Below, piece by piece: positions 39,557 to 47,619 of a stretch of DNA of 64,000 bases. Source of the DNA: Myxococcota bacterium (GTDB lineage: Bacteria; Myxococcota_A; UBA9160; UBA6930). The stretch is from the NCBI GenBank assembly GCA_036560185.1, contig DATBRS010000237.1, forward strand, positions 523-64,522, written 5' to 3'. The notes beneath the pieces were generated by a model, which worked only from the letters and a program-made list of their open reading frames with translations, was not told the origin of the DNA and ran no database searches. Each line of letters begins with the position of its first letter. Position 1 is the stretch's first letter. Both the position numbers and the translations under genes were made by a program.

Positions 39557-40606
39557 GTGAGAGCGTGGCGCGTCGTTCGTCACGACGCTCCGCGCTTGGC
39601 GCTCGCCCTCGCGGACGTGCCCGAGCCGGTGCCCGCAGCGGGGCAGCTGCGGGTCCGCGTCGCGACCACGGTCTGCAACTTCAACGAGGTCGACGGTTGT
39701 TACGGCCGCTACCTCACCGTGAATCCACCGCTGCCGTACACGCTCGGCATGGAGCTGTGCGGCGTGGTCGACGCGGCCGGCGCCGGCGCCGAGCGCTGGC
39801 TCGGCCGCCGCGTCACGACCTGCGCGGTCGGCGCGTTCGGCGCGCACGCCGAGGCGGCGCTCGTCGATCCGGCGATGACCTTCGACGCGCCCGCGGGCCT
39901 GGGCGACGTGCAGGCCGCCGCTCTCTACTTCCCGTTCCACGTCGGCTGGCTCGCGCTGCACGAGCGCGGCCGCCTGCAGCGCGGCGAGTGGCTGCTCGTG
40001 CACGCGGCCGCGGGCGGCGTCGGCTCCGCGGCGCTGCAGCTCGGTGTCGCGCACGGCGCGCGCGTGATCGCCACGGCGGGCTCGGCCGAGAAGCTCGCCT
40101 TCTGCCGCGAGCTCGGCGCGAGCGCAGCGCTCGACTATCGCAGCGGCGATCTCGCCGCCGCGCTGCTCGATGCGACCGGCGGCCACGGCCTCGACGTGGT
40201 CTGCGACCTCGTCGGCGGCAACACCACGCTCGCGACGCTGCCCGCGATGGCGCGCGGCGGACGGCTGGTGATGGCGGGCTTCTCGGGCGACATCGGCGCC
40301 GAAGATCGCGCGCTGTTCGCGCCGCGGCCGATCCTGTTCGGAAACTTCTCGGTGGGCGGCGTGATGCTCGCCTACCGCGAGGGCGCGACGAAGCTCGGCG
40401 GAGTGAATCTGCTGCCGCGAGCGCTCGGCGACGAAGTGCAGCGCGACCTGTTACGGCTACTCGCCGCCGGTGCGATCCGCCCGATCGTCGGCCGGGTGGC
40501 GTCCTTCCGCGAGCTGCCCGCGGAGCTCGAGCGGCTCGAAGCGCGCGCGACGATCGGACGCTCGGTGCTCGACTGGCGCGAGGCCTCCGCGCGAGCCGCG
40601 CTCTAG
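39557..40606 (+). CDS. NADPH:quinone oxidoreductase / zeta-crystallin-type MDR family protein
   Basis: 349 aa with a GTG start. MDR fold with the nucleotide motif VHAAAGGVGSAALQLG. Confidence 0.88.
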   Translation: MRAWRVVRHDAPRLALALADVPEPVPAAGQLRVRVATTVCNFNEVDGCYGRYLTVNPPLPYTLGMELCGVVDAAGAGAERWLGRRVTTCAVGAFGAHAEAALVDPAMTFDAPAGLGDVQAAALYFPFHVGWLALHERGRLQRGEWLLVHAAAGGVGSAALQLGVAHGARVIATAGSAEKLAFCRELGASAALDYRSGDLAAALLDATGGHGLDVVCDLVGGNTTLATLPAMARGGRLVMAGFSGDIGAEDRALFAPRPILFGNFSVGGVMLAYREGATKLGGVNLLPRALGDEVQRDLLRLLAAGAIRPIVGRVASFRELPAELERLEARATIGRSVLDWREASARAAL

Positions 40607-41544
40607 CTCCGCGCGAGGATCCAGCGCGAGAAGCTCGCGGCGCTGAGCGGCGCGGCCGCCGCCGGCTTGGAGGGTGCCGCGGGCGCGATTTCCGGGAGCG
40701 CTTCGAGCAGCGCGAGCATCTCGGCCGCGAGTGCGTGCAGCTGGCGGTGCACGATCGAGCCCGGCGCCCCGTGCAGCACGGTGCGACGGCGGCCGTCCGG
40801 CGTGGTCGCGAGCGCCTCGACCGCCGGGCTGCGCGAGATCGGCGTGGCGAAGTGCTCGAGGCCCCGCACGCGCAGCTCGTAGAGCAGCAGCCCGAGCACA
40901 TCGGCGTGCTCGGGCGCGTCGAACTTCACGCGCAAGTCGAGACCGCACAGCGCGAAGCGCGCGCGCTCGCGCGGGAACCCGAGCGCGAGCAACTTCTCCG
41001 CCTGCGCGAGCGATTCGAGATCGCGCACCGGGAGGATCGCGAGATCGCTGGCCGCAAGCGCCGCGCGCACGGGCGCGCCCAGCTCGCTGCCGGTGTCGAT
41101 CAGCACGATGCCGTCGCTCGCGCGCGAATCGAGCAGACGCGCGAGGCCGGCCGAGTCGCGCAGCGCGTCGGCGAGCGCCTCGCGGGACGGCGGGCTCGGC
41201 ACGTACTCGATGCCGAACTGCCCGAGGCGCGTGGCGCTCGCGAGATCCTCTGCCGCGAGCGCGCTCAGCAAGTCGGGCCCCGCGGCGCCCGGCTCGAGCG
41301 CGAGCGTGCGGTCGAGACCGTCCTGCCCGTCGAGGCCGAGCACCAACACCGGCAAGTCCTCGCGATGCGCGCGCAGGTAGACGGCCAGGTTCGCGACCAG
41401 CGTGGTCTTGCCCACGCCGCCCTTCGGGTTCGCGACCGTGATCACCCGGAAGCGGCGCTGCCTCGGCGCGCCCGCAACGGCCTCGAGCTCTCGCCGCTGA
41501 TCGCGGCGCCGCTCGGCGTCCCGCAGCGCCCGGAAGGTCCCCAT
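40603..41544 (-). CDS. Orphan ParA/MinD-family P-loop ATPase
   Basis: ATG at 41544. Deviant Walker A VANPKGGVGKTT after a basic 35-aa N-terminal extension. Ala/Pro-rich C-terminal tail. The rest of the 444-aa track ORF looks non-coding. Confidence 0.8.
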   Translation of the reverse strand: MGTFRALRDAERRRDQRRELEAVAGAPRQRRFRVITVANPKGGVGKTTLVANLAVYLRAHREDLPVLVLGLDGQDGLDRTLALEPGAAGPDLLSALAAEDLASATRLGQFGIEYVPSPPSREALADALRDSAGLARLLDSRASDGIVLIDTGSELGAPVRAALAASDLAILPVRDLESLAQAEKLLALGFPRERARFALCGLDLRVKFDAPEHADVLGLLLYELRVRGLEHFATPISRSPAVEALATTPDGRRRTVLHGAPGSIVHRQLHALAAEMLALLEALPEIAPAAPSKPAAAAPLSAASFSRWILARS

Positions 41545-41656
41545 TCGACGAAGCTCCCTGCAGCCTTTGTGAGGTGGACCCCGGCCGGCAGTTCGTGGCA
41601 GAAATGCCGTTCGACTCCCGGCCGGCGCCGCTCCAAAGCCGCTGCGGGCTGGGGGG

Positions 41657-42214
41657 TTACGCGCTGCTCTTGCGGGCGCGCTGAGGGTCGGCCCCGGGCG
41701 CGAGCAGCGCCTCGTACCCGCCGGCGACCAGATCCTCGTCGCGCATGCCGAGGCGCTCGCGCAGGAACGCGAGCTTGCGCTGCTCCTCCGCGCGCCCCGC
41801 CTCCGCGCCATCCCACACCGCTTCGAGCTCGAGGAAATTGCCGAGGCCCACGACTCGATCGAGGTGGATGCGCACGTTCCGGTAGAGACCGATCTCGCGC
41901 TGCTTCCGCACGACGCGGTGCACGCCGAGCATGGCACCGAGCATGCGCGCGAGGCCCGCGCCGTCCTCGACCGGGATCACTTGGTAGTCGGAGCGCCGCG
42001 CGCTCGGCTCGTCGGCTCGGAAATACGGGATGAGCTGCGCGCCCGAGAGGCTCGACTCGCGCAGCTTCAGCCGGCCCGCCCGCGTCGTGAAGTACGTGTC
42101 GACCTGTTCGTCGACGCCGAGCCAAGCGGTGGCGATCTCGCGCGCGCGTTCGCGCGCGAGCGCGAGGTCGGCGCAGCGCGCCTTCAGCTCGAGGTTGGCT
42201 CGCACGGCGCGCAC
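41657..42214 (-). CDS. CYTH-domain protein (CyaB-like class IV adenylate cyclase / triphosphatase)
   Basis: 185 aa. N-terminal ExExK motif (NLELKAR). RLKLRE...IHLDRVVGLGNFLELEAV is typical of CyaB-like proteins. TAA stop. Confidence 0.8.
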   Translation of the reverse strand: MRAVRANLELKARCADLALARERAREIATAWLGVDEQVDTYFTTRAGRLKLRESSLSGAQLIPYFRADEPSARRSDYQVIPVEDGAGLARMLGAMLGVHRVVRKQREIGLYRNVRIHLDRVVGLGNFLELEAVWDGAEAGRAEEQRKLAFLRERLGMRDEDLVAGGYEALLAPGADPQRARKSSA

Positions 42215-42264
42215 GATGCCGCGCGCGCCGACTGCGCGCGAACGCGTGTGCTACGGCTGCGGCC

Positions 42265-43176
42265 ATGGCGCTCGCCTTCGCAGCCGTCGCGCACGTGAAC
42301 GTGAACTGCTCGCGGCTCGAAGGCTCGCTCGCGTTCTATCGGGACGGACTCGGGCTCGCACCGCTCTCGCACACGAAGCCGCTGCCACAGGACGGCGCGG
42401 GCTTCGGCCTGCCGGGCGCCGTGCAATGGGACGCGTGGATCCTGCACGACGAGCGGGCGCAGGCCGCGCCCGGCATCGACCTGCTCGAGTGGAAGCTGCC
42501 CGCGCCGGTCGGCCGCCCTGCCCGCGCGAACGAGCTCGGCTTCTCGCGCTTGTTACTGGCGGCGCGGACCGCCGGCGCGCTGCACGGGCGCCTCGCGGCG
42601 ACGGGCTGCGCGCCGCTCGCGCCACCCGCTTCGCTCGGCGGCGACCGCCACGGTTTCCTCGCGCGCGATCCCGACGGCGCGCTGCTCGAGATCGCCGAGC
42701 CCGAGGATGGCGGCGGCGCGACGCGCCTCGCCGGCGTGGCGCTGAGCGTCGCGAAGCTCGCGAGTGCCGTGCCGTGGTACGAGCGCCTGCTGGGCTCGCG
42801 CGCGAGCGTCCCCGCGGCGCGTGAGGCGGACGGCGCGGCGTTCGGGTTCGCGGGCATCGCCCGCTGGAGCGAGGCGACGCTCGCGCCCACTCCGGCGTTC
42901 GCGATTCGCCTCGTCGAGTGGCAGGTGCCGAGCGCGCTCCGCGCACCTGCGCGTGCGCCGAATGCGCTCGGCCTCTACCGCATGGCGCTGCTCGTGGAGG
43001 ATGCGGCGCGAGCCTGCGCGCAGCTCGACGCACTCGGGCTCGCGCACTCGGGTTCGGTGCGCCTCGACATGGGTCCCGACATCCCGATCGACGGCCTGCA
43101 CGCGGGCTTCTTCCCGGACCCCGACGGCGCGTGCCTCGAATGGATCGAGCGCCCGCGCCTGCGCGGGTCGCCATGA
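42265..43176 (+). CDS. Two-domain VOC (glyoxalase/bleomycin-resistance/dioxygenase) family protein
   Basis: 303 aa. VAHVNVNCSRLEGSLAFYRDGLGL, with repeated beta-alpha-beta-beta-beta modules. Confidence 0.75.
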   Translation: MALAFAAVAHVNVNCSRLEGSLAFYRDGLGLAPLSHTKPLPQDGAGFGLPGAVQWDAWILHDERAQAAPGIDLLEWKLPAPVGRPARANELGFSRLLLAARTAGALHGRLAATGCAPLAPPASLGGDRHGFLARDPDGALLEIAEPEDGGGATRLAGVALSVAKLASAVPWYERLLGSRASVPAAREADGAAFGFAGIARWSEATLAPTPAFAIRLVEWQVPSALRAPARAPNALGLYRMALLVEDAARACAQLDALGLAHSGSVRLDMGPDIPIDGLHAGFFPDPDGACLEWIERPRLRGSP

Positions 43177-43466
43177 CCGAGTTCACGGATGGCGCGCGCG
43201 TCGTGCCCGACGGCCCGGGCATTCGCCGCCGCCGCCGCGAGCGCGGCTGGTCCCAGCGCGAGCTCGCGCGCGCGATCTGCGACGCCCACGAGCGCGCCAC
43301 TGGCCGCCGCGTCGGCTTCAACCTGAATCTGCTCCACCACGTCGAGGAAGAGAACGAGCCGGTCGACTACGCGACGCTCGTGCTGGTGGCGGGCGGTCTC
43401 GACTGCGATCCGGTGGAGCTGGTCGCCGCGCGCGGCGAGCGGCTCGGCGCGGGCGCGCGCGCCTAA
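43173..43466 (+). CDS. XRE-family helix-turn-helix protein
   Basis: 97 aa (MTEFTDGARVV...). HTH region IRRRRRERGWSQRELARAI. The ATG overlaps the VOC stop (ATGA). Confidence 0.7.
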   Translation: MTEFTDGARVVPDGPGIRRRRRERGWSQRELARAICDAHERATGRRVGFNLNLLHHVEEENEPVDYATLVLVAGGLDCDPVELVAARGERLGAGARA

Positions 43467-43945
43467 CGCTTCTCCGCCTTGTCGCAGCTGGAACGCTTCA
43501 TCGGGAAGTCGATCGCACGCGCGGGGTCGTCCTTGGCGCCCTCGATGCGCGCCGAGATGTCGCCGCTCTGGGCGAGCCGGTAGATCACGCGCTGCGGAAA
43601 GTCGTTCTCCGCGTTCTCGAACACGACCTCGGTGGCCGCGAGCGACTTGAGGCCGAAGCGAACCTCCGGTCGGCCCGAGGGCGAGGCGTAGAACGCGAGA
43701 CCGGACGCTTCCTCGACGATGCGTTGGAACTCGTACGAGACGATGCGCCCGTCGCGCACGTCGCGCGCGGTCGCGAGCAGCGTGCCGCCCGCGGGCGGAG
43801 TCCAGGTTTCGCCGGAGCCCGCCTCGGCGCCGACGTAAGCCCAACAACCGGCCAGCCAGCCGAGCTGCTCGGCGCGCTCGGCGTCCGCCAGCGCGCCCGC
43901 GGCCAGCAGCGTGCACGAGAGGACCGCGGCAAAGCGGTAGATCAT
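43463..43945 (-). CDS. Secreted DUF6265-like (lipocalin-like) protein
   Basis: 160 aa with a signal peptide. LGWLAGCWAY...FENAENDFPQRVIYRL motif. Its stop codon overlaps the convergent HTH stop. Confidence 0.6.
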   Translation of the reverse strand: MIYRFAAVLSCTLLAAGALADAERAEQLGWLAGCWAYVGAEAGSGETWTPPAGGTLLATARDVRDGRIVSYEFQRIVEEASGLAFYASPSGRPEVRFGLKSLAATEVVFENAENDFPQRVIYRLAQSGDISARIEGAKDDPARAIDFPMKRSSCDKAEKR

Positions 43946-44757
43946 GGCTTGCTCTCCCCGAAGTAGAAGACTTCACCGCCCGCCAGGCGCCACAGGCCGC
44001 GCCGGGTGACGATGAAGTAGTTGAGCACCTCGAAGCTCAGCTCGGTGAAGACGTCCGTCTCGATCGGCGTGTCGTTCAGCGTGGCGAGCAGGTTCCAGCG
44101 ATCGCCTTCGGCGCGCTTCGAGACGACGCAGGTCGCCGAGAGCGGTCGCCATTCGAGCAGCGTTCGCCCGTCCGGGCTGATACGCGCGAGATCGTGGCCT
44201 GCGAGCACGAGCGCGTCGGGCTTCGCGGTCGCCGCCATCAGGTAGACGTGGATCTCTCCGCCCGCATCGCGCAGCACGATCGTGTTGATCCCATCGCTGC
44301 GCTGCCGCCTGCGCCCCGCGATCGCGAGGCCTCTCGCCCGCACCAGCTCCTGCTCTCGTTCCTCGAGCGCGACCGCGGGATCGTGCGCGACGACTCTCAG
44401 CTCGGACTCCCGATACGAGACATCGAATTGGCTCGCGTACGAGCCGGGCGCGCTCTCGCCGTAGAAGTGCACGCGCGGCAGCGCCGCGTCCGCATCCGGC
44501 AGCGTGATCCAGCCCATCAGCTCGCTCTCGCGCGGCGACTTCCGCGCCCGCACGGCGTCCGTGGCGTGCCATGCGGCCTGATCGTGCTTGTACATCTCGC
44601 GGCCGCGCCGCTCCGCCGCATCGATCACGGGGAGCAAATCCGCCGGTATCGCTTTCTGCTCGCTGGGATGGTGCTCGGCGGTGGGCTGCGCGCCGTGATC
44701 CGCCGGCGATGCGCACGCGAGCGCGAGCAGCAGCGAGCCCGCGGCGAGCGCTCTCAC
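43942..44757 (-). CDS. Hypothetical lipoprotein
   Basis: The GTG at 44757 overlaps the upstream stop (GTGA). Lipobox LLLALAC. 271 aa with no recognisable family. Confidence 0.55.
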   Translation of the reverse strand: MRALAAGSLLLALACASPADHGAQPTAEHHPSEQKAIPADLLPVIDAAERRGREMYKHDQAAWHATDAVRARKSPRESELMGWITLPDADAALPRVHFYGESAPGSYASQFDVSYRESELRVVAHDPAVALEEREQELVRARGLAIAGRRRQRSDGINTIVLRDAGGEIHVYLMAATAKPDALVLAGHDLARISPDGRTLLEWRPLSATCVVSKRAEGDRWNLLATLNDTPIETDVFTELSFEVLNYFIVTRRGLWRLAGGEVFYFGESKP

Positions 44758-46172
44758 GCGCGCGCTCCGGCCGGCGCGAGCGCCTCGCGCACCAGCGCCT
44801 GCACACTCGCGTGCGCACGGAAGGTGATGTGCGCACCGGGAAACCAGACGTGCCGGGGCGTGCCCCAATGCGCGAGCAGGTCGCGTACCTGCTCGGCGGG
44901 TACGAACTGATCGTCGGGCGCGCCGAACACGAAGCGCCGCGCGTGGGGAACCAGCGGCGGCAGCGCGAGCGGGGAGACTGGGCGCATCACCGGCTCGGCG
45001 AGCTCGCGCGTCAGCCCGGCGTGCTCGAGGCGCGCGCGCGCCGCGGACGGCGCGTGGTGCCACACCAGGCGCGGGAAATCGGCGGCGGGAATGCCCGCGA
45101 TCACGCTGCCGAGCTCCGGCGCGAGGCTGGCGAGCAGCGCCGCCGTGTAGCCGCCGAGCGACAGCCCGTAACAAGCGATCTCGCTACCGCCCTGTGCGCG
45201 GATCCAGCCGAGCAGCCGCCGCGCATCCCAGACCGCTTGCGCCAGCGCGTGCGCACTATCGAGGAAATCCGCGCCGAACATGCCGATGCCCGAGACCGCG
45301 CCGAGCCGGCGCGGGCCGTGGAACGGCAGCACCGGAAGCACCACGTTCCAGCCGCGCCGGCGCCACTGCTCGGCGCGAAACACCGCGAGGTCGATGGCGG
45401 GCGTGCCCATCTGATAGCCGTGGATGCAGACGAGCCACGGCCGCGCCGCGTCGCCGCTCCGTAACAGCCACGCCCAGGCCAGCTGATTCGGCGCGTAGGA
45501 GAGCCAGCGTTCGCGCCCCGGCTCGCCCGCGTGCGGCTCGTACTCGCTCTGGAAGCGCAGCTCCTCGAACTCCGTGCCGAACGCGCGTCGCGTCGTCGTC
45601 ACGACGCGCTCCGCGGGCAGCGGCTCTCCGTGATAGCTGGCGGGCCGCTCGCGCCAGCCGCGAGCCGCCCACAGCTCGCCGGCCTCGCGCAGCTCGCGCG
45701 CGAAGCGCGCGTGCTCGCCGCTGTGCGGGAACGGGATCAGCAGCAGCATCGCGCCGCGCACGGCTTGATCGGTCGCGATCTCCGCGTGCAGCCGCAGCGA
45801 GCGCGCGGGCGCGTCCACGCCGTCGGCGCCCTCGCAGGTACGCGCGGTGAACGATCCGATCGCCGCGAACGCGCCGGCCGAGAGCAGCGCGAGCAGCGTG
45901 GCGTGGGCGAGACCGAGCGCGAACGCGGCGGGCACGGCGAACGCGACGCCGAGCGCGCCCCCGATCGCGCCGAGATCGCGCAGGCGCGGCTCGCCCAGCG
46001 CGAACAGCAGCGCGGCGCCGCTCGCGACCAAGAGCGTGCCGGGGAGCAGCGCGAGCGCGAATGCGCCGAAGCCGTCGGCGCTGCCGAACCACGCGATTCC
46101 GGCGAGCAGGGTCAGCCACCCTTCGCGCGGAAATCTCAGGTCCGACGGCATCGCACGCGCCCCCCCCAACAC
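44754..46172 (-). CDS. Membrane-anchored alpha/beta-fold hydrolase
   Basis: About 120 aa of TM helices, then the hydrolase core with nucleophile elbow YGLSLGGY. Alternative ATG start at 46151. Confidence 0.75.
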   Translation of the reverse strand: MLGGARAMPSDLRFPREGWLTLLAGIAWFGSADGFGAFALALLPGTLLVASGAALLFALGEPRLRDLGAIGGALGVAFAVPAAFALGLAHATLLALLSAGAFAAIGSFTARTCEGADGVDAPARSLRLHAEIATDQAVRGAMLLLIPFPHSGEHARFARELREAGELWAARGWRERPASYHGEPLPAERVVTTTRRAFGTEFEELRFQSEYEPHAGEPGRERWLSYAPNQLAWAWLLRSGDAARPWLVCIHGYQMGTPAIDLAVFRAEQWRRRGWNVVLPVLPFHGPRRLGAVSGIGMFGADFLDSAHALAQAVWDARRLLGWIRAQGGSEIACYGLSLGGYTAALLASLAPELGSVIAGIPAADFPRLVWHHAPSAARARLEHAGLTRELAEPVMRPVSPLALPPLVPHARRFVFGAPDDQFVPAEQVRDLLAHWGTPRHVWFPGAHITFRAHASVQALVREALAPAGARA

Positions 46173-46323
46173 TGCGCGGCGAGTCTACGACGCCGTTGCG
46201 GCGGGGTGCGCGCGAAGTCTGAGAGCCGGCGCTCACTCGCCGACGGGCGAGGCGGTTTGCGGGGACAATCCCGGACGCGCGGCGGCGCGGCTCTATAGAA
46301 TGGGGACCCGTCCCGAGGTCTAC

Positions 46324-47619
46324 ATGCTGCGCGCCGCTCGCTTCCTGCCGTTCGCACTTCTCGCGCTGAACGCCGCGATCGCGAGCGCCGAGGACACGCT
46401 CGCCGCGCGCGCCGCGCGCGCCGAGGCGCGCGTGATCGAGACGCGACGCGACATCCACCAGCACCCCGAGCTCGGCTTTCTCGAGAAGCGCACTGCAGCG
46501 CTCGTCGCGAAGCGCCTGCGCTCGCTCGGGATTCGCGTGCGCGAGGGCGTCGGTCAGACCGGCGTGGTGGGCGTGCTCAGCGGCGGCAAGCCGGGCCGCA
46601 TCGTCGCACTGCGTGCGGACATGGACGCGCTTCCCGTCGTCGAGCAGACCGGCCTGCCCTTCGCGTCGACCGCGCGCAGCACCTACAACGGCCAAGAGGT
46701 CGGCGTGATGCACGCCTGCGGCCACGACTCCCACGTCGCGATGTTGCTCGGAGCCGCGGAGGTGCTCGCGGGCATGCGGGAAGAGCTGCCCGGCAGCGTC
46801 GTGTTCCTGTTCCAGCCCGCGGAGGAAGGCGGCGGCCCCGCCGAGACCGGCGGCGCCGAAGCGATGCTGGCCGACGGCGCATTCGACGATCCGCGGCCCG
46901 ATGCCGTGTTCGGCCTCCACGTCGGCGCCGAGGACGTCGCGGGCGAGATGAGCGTCGTCTCGGGCCCCGCGATGGCCGCGGCAGATCGCTTTCGCATCCT
47001 CGTGAAGGGGCGCCAAACCCATGGCGCGATGCCGTGGGCGGGCGTCGACCCGATCGCGGTCGCCGCGCGCATCGTGCTCGCGATCGAGGCGCTGCCAGGC
47101 CGAGAGATCGACGTGACCACCCCAGCGATCGTGACGGTGGGCGCGATTCACGGCGGCGTCCGCAACAACATCATCCCCGAGCAGGTCGAGCTGATCGGCA
47201 CGATCCGCACGCTCGAAGAGGGCGCGCGCAGCGCGCTGCACGCGAAGATCGAGCGCACCGCCGTGCACACGGCGGAGGCGAGTGGCGCGAGCGCGGAGGT
47301 CGAGATCGTGCGCGGCTACGGCGTGCTCACCAACGACCCGGCGCTCACCGCCTGGGGGCGCGGCGTGCTCGAGCGCAGCTTCGGCAAGGACAAGGTGCAC
47401 AGCGGCCGCCCCGCGACCACGGCCGAGGACTTCTCGTACTTCGCGAATCGCGTGCCCGGGATGTTCGTGTGGCTCGGCGTCCGCGATCCGCGCACGCCGC
47501 TCGCGCAGGCGGCGCCCAATCACTCGCCGCGCTTCTTGGTCGACGAGAGAGCGCTCACGACGGGCGTGCGCGCGCTCGCGGAGCTCGCGCTCGCCTTCAA
47601 CGCGGCGGGCAGCGAATGA
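46324..47619 (+). CDS. Secreted M20D-family amidohydrolase (hippurate hydrolase / aminoacylase-like)
   Basis: ATG at 46324 after GAGG. Signal peptide. IHQHPELGF, LRADMDALP and MHACGHDSH motifs. Confidence 0.88.
   Translation: MLRAARFLPFALLALNAAIASAEDTLAARAARAEARVIETRRDIHQHPELGFLEKRTAALVAKRLRSLGIRVREGVGQTGVVGVLSGGKPGRIVALRADMDALPVVEQTGLPFASTARSTYNGQEVGVMHACGHDSHVAMLLGAAEVLAGMREELPGSVVFLFQPAEEGGGPAETGGAEAMLADGAFDDPRPDAVFGLHVGAEDVAGEMSVVSGPAMAAADRFRILVKGRQTHGAMPWAGVDPIAVAARIVLAIEALPGREIDVTTPAIVTVGAIHGGVRNNIIPEQVELIGTIRTLEEGARSALHAKIERTAVHTAEASGASAEVEIVRGYGVLTNDPALTAWGRGVLERSFGKDKVHSGRPATTAEDFSYFANRVPGMFVWLGVRDPRTPLAQAAPNHSPRFLVDERALTTGVRALAELALAFNAAGSE

Noticed and set aside
46293-46301. TATAGAAT as a -10 box for the M20 amidohydrolase gene.
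   Set aside because: It is the most AT-rich spot of the spacer and is well placed (about 23 nt before ATG 46324). The best -35 at 17-nt spacing (GGACGC) is poor, so the support is too weak to list as a feature.
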